DNA of 32,000 nucleotides from positions 240,001 to 272,000 of the forward strand of contig NC_016070.1 of assembly GCF_000253055.1 (NCBI RefSeq), written 5' to 3'. Source of the stretch: Thermoproteus tenax Kra 1. Its GTDB lineage: Archaea > Thermoproteota > Thermoprotei > Thermoproteales > Thermoproteaceae. A program made the position numbers and the translations under genes. How positions within the stretch are numbered: position 1 is the first letter of the stretch; the number at the start of each line of letters is the position of its first letter. This document shows, piece after piece, positions 26,267 to 32,000 of this stretch. Below the pieces are notes generated by a model. The model had not been told where the DNA came from. It ran no database searches and was given only the letters and a program-made list of their open reading frames with translations.

Positions 26267-27558
26267 GGGAGGGCTTAAGGCTCCTGCTGTATCTTTTGGT
26301 CCTGCCCATCGTCGCAGGTCTGATCTCGGCGTTGACTACGTCGATATGGCTCATACCTGCGGTCTTGTTCCCCGCCATCGCCGCAGCCCTGCTTCTGTTG
26401 GTCAGCGCGGAGCCCGAGGTGAAGGTATCCTATCAGCTCGAGAGAAACACGGCGCGAATCGACGACGAGGTGAAGGCGAAGGTGAGAGTTGAGGCGAGGA
26501 GAGGGTTCGGCATCCTCCTCGTCAGAGCGCCCCCCATCCCCGGGACCCGCATGGCCGAGGCCTTCGAAGTGGCTGAGGGCAACAACGTGTTCGTCTTCTT
26601 CAAAGGGCTGGGGCCGTTGGCCCAGGAGGTCGAATACAAGCTGAAGCCCGTCGTCAGAGGGAGGTACGAGCTAGGCGCCGTTGAATACTCCTTCTACAAC
26701 GCGCTCCACCTCCACAAGCCTCTTGAGGGGCGCCTTCAGCTCGACGGCGAGATCCAAGTGCTCCCTAGAGTCAAAATAGTCAATAGAATATTGGGGAGCG
26801 CCAAGCCCAGGGAGACTGCGCCGAGGTTGACGGCCTCCAGACTCGGCCCCTATTCCACCGAGTTTAAGTCTATCAGGAGGTATATCCCGGGCGATCCCTA
26901 CAAGTTCATCAACTGGAAGGCGACGGCGCGGAGCCCTAGGGGCGCGCTGCTCGTCAACGAGTACGAGAGGGAGGGGCTGAGGACGGCCCTGATTCTGTTG
27001 GACGCAGGATCCGCCATGATGTACGGCACCCTCGAGGAGAACCCGCTGGAGTACGGCATCTCCCTCGCCCTCTCGCTGGCGAGAGCGCTGTTGAGGTACG
27101 GATACAACGTGGGGCTCTGGGTGATGCCCAAGGGGCCCCGCCTTATGCCGAGCTCCGGCTCTACTCAGTACTTCCGCATTTTGAGGGCCCTCCTCCTAGT
27201 GAGGGCGGGCGCCGAGGGGGCCTATAGAGTCGACGGGGCCCTCAAGAGGATTTTGAACGAGACCAAGCCCGCCGTGATATTTATAACGAACCTCACAAAG
27301 GAGAGCGCCGGCAAGGCCGTCCAGCTGGCGGAGCAGATAAAGGCCAGGATGTTGTTAGTCGACGTAACGCCCGAGTCTATCTTGGCGGGGAGGCTCATGC
27401 AACAGTACGGAGGGACGAGGGCCTGCGGCCGCTCAGCCAAAAGGAGGCTCCACGCGCTGTTGCCCAGGAACGTGAAAGTCGTGGCATGGGACCCCGCGTG
27501 CGAGGGAGTTGGGATGGCCATAGCCAGAATTACGGCCAGAATGGGCAGGTGGATATGA
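26263..27558 (+). CDS. DUF58 (VWA-like) protein, the usual MoxR partner
   Basis: Two N-terminal TM helices. DUF58 signature RRYIPGDPYKFINWKATARSPRGALLVNEYEREG, followed by LILLDAGSAM. It has an ATGA overlap with moxR. Confidence 0.9.
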   Translation: MREGLRLLLYLLVLPIVAGLISALTTSIWLIPAVLFPAIAAALLLLVSAEPEVKVSYQLERNTARIDDEVKAKVRVEARRGFGILLVRAPPIPGTRMAEAFEVAEGNNVFVFFKGLGPLAQEVEYKLKPVVRGRYELGAVEYSFYNALHLHKPLEGRLQLDGEIQVLPRVKIVNRILGSAKPRETAPRLTASRLGPYSTEFKSIRRYIPGDPYKFINWKATARSPRGALLVNEYEREGLRTALILLDAGSAMMYGTLEENPLEYGISLALSLARALLRYGYNVGLWVMPKGPRLMPSSGSTQYFRILRALLLVRAGAEGAYRVDGALKRILNETKPAVIFITNLTKESAGKAVQLAEQIKARMLLVDVTPESILAGRLMQQYGGTRACGRSAKRRLHALLPRNVKVVAWDPACEGVGMAIARITARMGRWI

Positions 27559-28184
27559 AGGCCAGACTGCTCGCTCTGGCGCTGGCTCTGTCGTTTATAC
27601 CGCAGTTGGCTCTCGCCGTATATGGCTACGCCCTCCTCGGCCTCGCCGAGGCGGTCCTCGTCGCCCTCTCGGCGGCGCTGGGCCTCTGGAGGGGCGGGAG
27701 GGCGCAGACCGCTCCCTGGGTCTCCTTCGCGCTGGCGGCTGCAACTATATTGTCGTCGCAGGGCTATATCCCCTTCCTGATCCGCGCGGCGCTTGCACGT
27801 CTGCCGTACTCCTACGATCTATCGGCGCTAGCCCCCGAGCTCGGGATCGCCGTGGCGACGCTCTACAACAACTACGCGGCGATGGAGCGGGAGCTGATCG
27901 GAAGGGGGTACGACGAACAGATCGTGAGGGCTGCGCTGGACTCTATGTCGTCGACAGCGCTGGCTCTGCTTTCGGCCTCGTTGGCGCTCGGCGGAGCCAT
28001 CTCCTACGCCATGGCGAAGTTCGCCGTTTTCGCAGTGGATCCGTTCACGGCCTTTGTGTTGTTCGCAGTCGTCTACTTCGCCGCCTTCAAGCTGGTGTTG
28101 GACAGACTGGAGCGGGCACACGCGCCCGGCAGTGCGCCGACGCGGCGGGGGCTGTATAGTGAGGACATCTCGACAGAGAAGTAA
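27555..28184 (+). CDS. Uncharacterised membrane protein (about 4-5 TM)
   Basis: The ATG at 27555 overlaps the DUF58 stop (ATGA). Hydrophobic helices flank a short soluble loop, YNNYAAMERELIGRGYDEQIVRAALD. Confidence 0.6.
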   Translation: MKARLLALALALSFIPQLALAVYGYALLGLAEAVLVALSAALGLWRGGRAQTAPWVSFALAAATILSSQGYIPFLIRAALARLPYSYDLSALAPELGIAVATLYNNYAAMERELIGRGYDEQIVRAALDSMSSTALALLSASLALGGAISYAMAKFAVFAVDPFTAFVLFAVVYFAAFKLVLDRLERAHAPGSAPTRRGLYSEDISTEK

Positions 28185-28213
28185 AAAATGAATATCCCTA
28201 AGTCCTCTTGGAT

Positions 28214-29977
28214 ATGGGCGGAGGCGCCCCGCGCGGAGGGGCCTCCACTGACGTGAGGCTGGCCCTCGCCCTCGCCTTAGTTGCCGCTGCGCTCTATCTG
28301 TACTACGCGGCGCCCCTCTACCCGCACATAACCGTCGTTGTGGAGGGGCCGGGCGGCTCCCCGCAGCCCGGGGCGTTCGTCCAGGTCTACGCCTTGCTGC
28401 CGCCGGGCGTCAACAGATCGCTCGTCCTAATATGGAACGGCACGACGGACGGCGAAGGCAGGGCGTACGTCCCGCTGGACAGGCTGGCCCCGATAGCTAG
28501 GAAGTGGGCCGAGAAGGGCTTCGGAGGGGCCCACGTGGGCCTGGAGGTCATAGCCACATACAGCAGCTCAACCGCGCTCCTCACGCGGTTCCTCTTCGTC
28601 ACGTACACCCCGGGGAGGGTCATAGGGGCAAACAACCCCCTCGGGTTGCTGTACTACAGTAAAACGGTTGTGGTGAGGTTAGAGCAGGTCAGAATCAACG
28701 ACTCGGCGGGCTCCCGCGGCTTCTCCGCCCTCCAGCCCACGCCGCCGACTCCGTCCCCATCGCTGTGCGCCCATTCTGGGGTGCCGGTCTGGGAAGAGGT
28801 CTGGGACTACCAGACGCCGACGATGTACATACCGATAATCTGGCTGTACGACCGAATGGGGTACAAAGCCGGCGGAAATATCATGGGCTTATTCTCACCT
28901 TCGACGACTACGGACTTCGCCGCGGGCCTCGCGCTTACGCCCAGCACGGAGCTGAGCAGTTCCGACATAGGCGAGGCCGAGTTTGAATTCGCCGGCACGA
29001 GCTTCTCGTCAACTACCTCTGCGTTTAATTACGCCTACTGGGGACTTGATACTTCCACCTACTACCCGACTTCAGTCGCATTGTATGTGCAGGGCACTCT
29101 GGGCACAGCTGAGTTTCAATTATACTGCTACATCCCATCCGATCCATACGGGCAGTGGGTGCCGGTCGACTACTACGCCGTTGAGGTGTACATCCAGTCG
29201 GCTGATTTAAGCAAAATCTACTCATCTGGGAGCGTCGGCACGGCGCCTGTGAATAATATGGTAAATATCCTGAGCCAGTACGGCTACTTGGGCTATTATC
29301 CGTTAGACTATTACCAACGTTCCTCCAACGGTTTTTACGGTTATGGATTCATAAACTGGGGATTCTCCTGGTCGATACCGGCGGGCGCCCTGCTGTGGTC
29401 CGCGCTCCAGGAGGCGGGCGCCGCTCCTCCGCCGTACTCTGAGGCGATAGCCGCGGCCCTCGTGGTTGTGGCGTCCTTCTCTTCTACTACCACGATCCCG
29501 CAAGCTGTTTCATTCACGGTGGGATCCTCCCTTCCGCCATACGGCGACGTGCTCGTCAGCTATCTGGCTATCCCATACCAAAACGGCGGCGACCTCCAGC
29601 CGTTCATGGCCGGGGTCATAATAGAGCCCTCCACCAGCTACACTGTGAACACCACCCTTGCAATCTCCGGGCCGAACGTAGTCCCCATCCAGTGTGGGCT
29701 TTATAACGTGACCTTCTACGTCTATCCCTATATCGGCTCATCGCCTCTGCTCGTGCCCGGCGGCTCCGTCAACTACCAGATCTACGACGACGTAACTGGC
29801 CAGCTTGTGGCGTCCGGGAGCGTGGGGGTCCCGTGGCACAAGCCGGCCGTCATACGAGTGGTGCTATACCCAGGCACCTACACCCTCGTGGTCCAGTACG
29901 CCGGCTACAACGACGGCCCAATAACCTATCGGCCCTCCACGAGCCAAATACAGACAACTATCGGCGAAGAGTGCTGA
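28214..29977 (+). CDS. Large secreted/anchored protein with beta-sandwich-like ends and a Tyr/Ser/Gly-rich centre
   Basis: N-terminal TM/signal LALALALVAAALYLYYAA, then HITVVVEGPGG...AFVQVYAL (CarboxypepD_reg-like), and the C-terminal unit VVLYPGTYTLVVQYAG. Several N-x-S/T sequons. It has its own TATA-like GTAAAAAATGAATAT about 26 nt upstream of the ATG at 28214. Confidence 0.75.
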   Translation: MGGGAPRGGASTDVRLALALALVAAALYLYYAAPLYPHITVVVEGPGGSPQPGAFVQVYALLPPGVNRSLVLIWNGTTDGEGRAYVPLDRLAPIARKWAEKGFGGAHVGLEVIATYSSSTALLTRFLFVTYTPGRVIGANNPLGLLYYSKTVVVRLEQVRINDSAGSRGFSALQPTPPTPSPSLCAHSGVPVWEEVWDYQTPTMYIPIIWLYDRMGYKAGGNIMGLFSPSTTTDFAAGLALTPSTELSSSDIGEAEFEFAGTSFSSTTSAFNYAYWGLDTSTYYPTSVALYVQGTLGTAEFQLYCYIPSDPYGQWVPVDYYAVEVYIQSADLSKIYSSGSVGTAPVNNMVNILSQYGYLGYYPLDYYQRSSNGFYGYGFINWGFSWSIPAGALLWSALQEAGAAPPPYSEAIAAALVVVASFSSTTTIPQAVSFTVGSSLPPYGDVLVSYLAIPYQNGGDLQPFMAGVIIEPSTSYTVNTTLAISGPNVVPIQCGLYNVTFYVYPYIGSSPLLVPGGSVNYQIYDDVTGQLVASGSVGVPWHKPAVIRVVLYPGTYTLVVQYAGYNDGPITYRPSTSQIQTTIGEEC

Positions 29978-30218
29978 CGATCACCAAGAGGGAAACACCC
30001 ATTTCCACCCTCTGCGGGCTTCAGTCCGACGTCCCCGAAGCGCAGCGAAGGGCTCGTACGTCTTAATGCGGCGAGCTTGAGACATGCCCTGGCCCACTCT
30101 CACGTGCTCCCAATTGGCGAGGTGCCCCTGCAATCAACATTAATTCCGAAATCTACAATATAACAAACAATAATTTACAATTATAGTAAGACTTAAAAAT
30201 GTGAAATCGCAGAGAGGA

Positions 30219-31583
30219 ATGCAACCGGGCGGATACACCATAGCGGCCAGACTTGAGAGACTTCCGTGGACGTCCTTCCACACGCGGCTGCTCGTCTTAC
30301 TCTCCATAGGGGAGTTCTTCGAGCTCTACGACCTTTTCGTCGGAGGCTTCGCTGTAGTGCCCATCTCCCATTATTACGGCATATCGTTGGCCTCGGCGAT
30401 CTACTACACTATAGCCCTGCTCTTCCTCGGAGCCTTCGTTGGCGCAATAGCCTTCACTTTAATAGGCGATGCGTGGGGCAGGAGGTCGGCCTTGTTGTTC
30501 AACCTCGCGTTGATGAGCCTGGCCTATCTGGCCACGCCCTTCGCGCCCGACCCGCTCACCCTGGGGCTCCTCAGATTTTTGGCTGGGCTAGGAGTGGGGC
30601 CCGAGGCCTTGATAGTGTTGGACATCATGATCTCCGAGTTCTTCCCGGCGAAATTCAGAGGCAGAGCCTTGGCGACGGCTTACACTATATCGTGGACGGC
30701 GCCCTTGGTCGTCGCTGCGCTCGCCTACTTCCTAGTGCCTCGGACAATACTGGGGCTACAGGGATGGCAGTGGCTTTTTATAATCGGAGGATTGGGGGTC
30801 TTGTTGTTTCTTCCATACCGCTTCTTGATACCTGAGTCGCCGCGCTGGCTTGAGGTCAAGGGGAGAGCCGCGGAGGCGGACAAGATAGTCTCAAAGATGG
30901 AGGAGACGGCGCGGAGAGAAAGGGGGGAGCTCCCGGAGCCTCCCCAGGTTGAGGTGGTAAGGAGCGAGAGGATCCCAATAGGCGAACTCTTCAGCAGAGA
31001 GTACAGAAGGAGGACCATTATGTTGTGGATATTCGAGTTTCTGCAGACCGGCGTCTACTACGGCTTCGCCTCGCTCGCCCCCTCAGTGCTCTACGTCAAG
31101 GGCTTTACGATAGTGAGGACGTTGGAGTACACTATGATGATATATGCCTCGTACTTCATCTCCTCAGTGATATCTATATTTGTAATAGACAGCGTTAAGT
31201 TCGACAGAAAGTGGCAGGTGGCCTTAGTGGCCCTATTGATGGGCGTGGTCGGGCTGGCCTTCGGCCTATCAACGACGCCGGCGCAAGTGGTGGCCACCGG
31301 CTTTATGTTCGGGCTCTTGTCCAATATATTCTCCAACGCCTTCCATCAGTACGGCGCAGAGCTTTACCCGACGAGGATAAGGGCGTTTGCAGACGGCGTG
31401 CAGTACTCTCTGAGCAGGTTGGGAAACTACGTCTGGCTCTCCGTGCTTCCCCTTGTGTTGACAGCCTATGGCCCCCTTGCGATGTACATGGTCGTATTCG
31501 CCATGGCGGTAGCCGTGTTCCTAGACGTGGGGATACTGGGCCCCCGCGCCTCACAGATGGCCCTCGAGAGGCTCAGCAGATAG
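30219..31583 (+). CDS. MFS transporter of the sugar-porter/metabolite:H+ symporter type
   Basis: GDAWGRR (loop 2-3 motif), PESPRWL and 12 TM helices. The ATG at 30219 lies about 23 nt from the TATA-like ACTTAAAAAT. The GTG at 30201 is the alternative start. Confidence 0.88.
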   Translation: MQPGGYTIAARLERLPWTSFHTRLLVLLSIGEFFELYDLFVGGFAVVPISHYYGISLASAIYYTIALLFLGAFVGAIAFTLIGDAWGRRSALLFNLALMSLAYLATPFAPDPLTLGLLRFLAGLGVGPEALIVLDIMISEFFPAKFRGRALATAYTISWTAPLVVAALAYFLVPRTILGLQGWQWLFIIGGLGVLLFLPYRFLIPESPRWLEVKGRAAEADKIVSKMEETARRERGELPEPPQVEVVRSERIPIGELFSREYRRRTIMLWIFEFLQTGVYYGFASLAPSVLYVKGFTIVRTLEYTMMIYASYFISSVISIFVIDSVKFDRKWQVALVALLMGVVGLAFGLSTTPAQVVATGFMFGLLSNIFSNAFHQYGAELYPTRIRAFADGVQYSLSRLGNYVWLSVLPLVLTAYGPLAMYMVVFAMAVAVFLDVGILGPRASQMALERLSR

Positions 31584-32000
31584 CTAGCGGGTGGCCTCCG
31601 GGGAGGGGGCAGCCTCGCGCGCCCTTTTGTACTCAAGGCTGTGTCTGGACAGCTCCTCCTCCACAAACTTTCTATTATCCTTCAGAAGTTTGTCCACTAG
31701 GCTTAAGTATCTGGCCAGTCTGACGGCGTCCGCCTCTATCTCCACTAATCTCTCCCCGTCCACTACCACGAAGTGCCTTTTGTTTATCCTCCGGCCCAAG
31801 ATGTATTCGGCCTCGTTGGCAGCGGCTTGTAGGGCAACGCAGTGCGGGCTGCCGTCTATTGTAACCACCCAGACCTCCTCAGGCTCGGAGCTCCTTATAG
31901 CGCTGGCCAATTTGCCGTAGTGCATGGCCGGCTCGGCCTCCGGACAGGCCAAGACCACCGAGGCGCCCTTGGAGACCTCCTTGAAGACAGCCTCGTTCAC
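31584..32000 (-). CDS. Hypothetical protein, C-terminal part only (gene runs off the window)
   Basis: The frame is open to the window edge with balanced composition and a coiled C-terminal tail. Its stop abuts the convergent MFS stop. I do not recognise the family. Confidence 0.5.
   Translation of the reverse strand: MNEAVFKEVSKGASVVLACPEAEPAMHYGKLASAIRSSEPEEVWVVTIDGSPHCVALQAAANEAEYILGRRINKRHFVVVDGERLVEIEADAVRLARYLSLVDKLLKDNRKFVEEELSRHSLEYKRAREAAPSPEATR

Noticed and set aside
29987-30013. Imperfect hairpin AGAGGGAAAcacccaTTTCCaCCCTCT, 10 nt after the stop of the secreted-protein gene.
   Set aside because: The stem is short and interrupted, and archaeal termination mainly uses oligo-T tracts. 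It is a single occurrence with no evident function.
1-32000. Looked for CRISPR arrays, rRNA genes, IS/transposase or integrase genes, and long direct or inverted repeats.
   Set aside because: None were seen by eye. The only repeats found are the short motifs reported above. An exhaustive repeat search needs software.

Overview
This is a gene-dense, high-GC archaeal chromosome segment. By inference only, it most resembles a hyperthermophilic crenarchaeon of the Thermoproteales (Pyrobaculum/Thermoproteus-like). The signs are an MCM helicase, frequent GTG/TTG starts, and A/T-rich TATA-like boxes centred about 22-27 nt upstream of most start codons (leaderless-type geometry). Secreted proteins also carry Thr-rich linkers and dense N-x-S/T sequons.

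Contents from left to right:
- A degenerate tRNA-Arg-like remnant.
- A minus-strand iron/cobalamin-type ABC importer operon (ATPase, FecCD permease, frameshifted binding protein) with a DUF364/DUF4213 gene.
- A 44-aa ORF coupled to an M19 dipeptidase.
- A divergent NAD kinase fused to a winged-helix domain, back-to-back with purB.
- Surface glycoproteins, an FAD oxidoreductase, a 53-aa RHH protein and an EamA transporter.
- A roughly 300-bp, about 29% GC intergenic block with ORB-like repeats.
- A three-gene block: an Era/EngB-like GTPase (frameshifted), a class I methyltransferase (frameshift plus in-frame TAG) and an intact Cas4-like Fe-S protein.
- MFS transporters, MCM, a membrane-anchored CPYC DsbA-like protein and an acetyl-CoA-synthetase paralog with degenerate catalytic motifs.
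- A six-gene DUF4129 / MoxR AAA+ / DUF58 cluster with three uncharacterised membrane proteins and a large secreted protein.
- A sugar-porter-type MFS transporter and a partial ORF at the right edge.

No rRNA, CRISPR array or recognisable IS element was seen. The strongest candidates for something undescribed are the MoxR/DUF58/DUF4129 envelope cluster (23.1-30.0 kb) and the AT-rich block plus GTPase/methyltransferase/Cas4-like island (11.9-14.9 kb). All family assignments come from motif recognition by eye and need HMM or structure searches.
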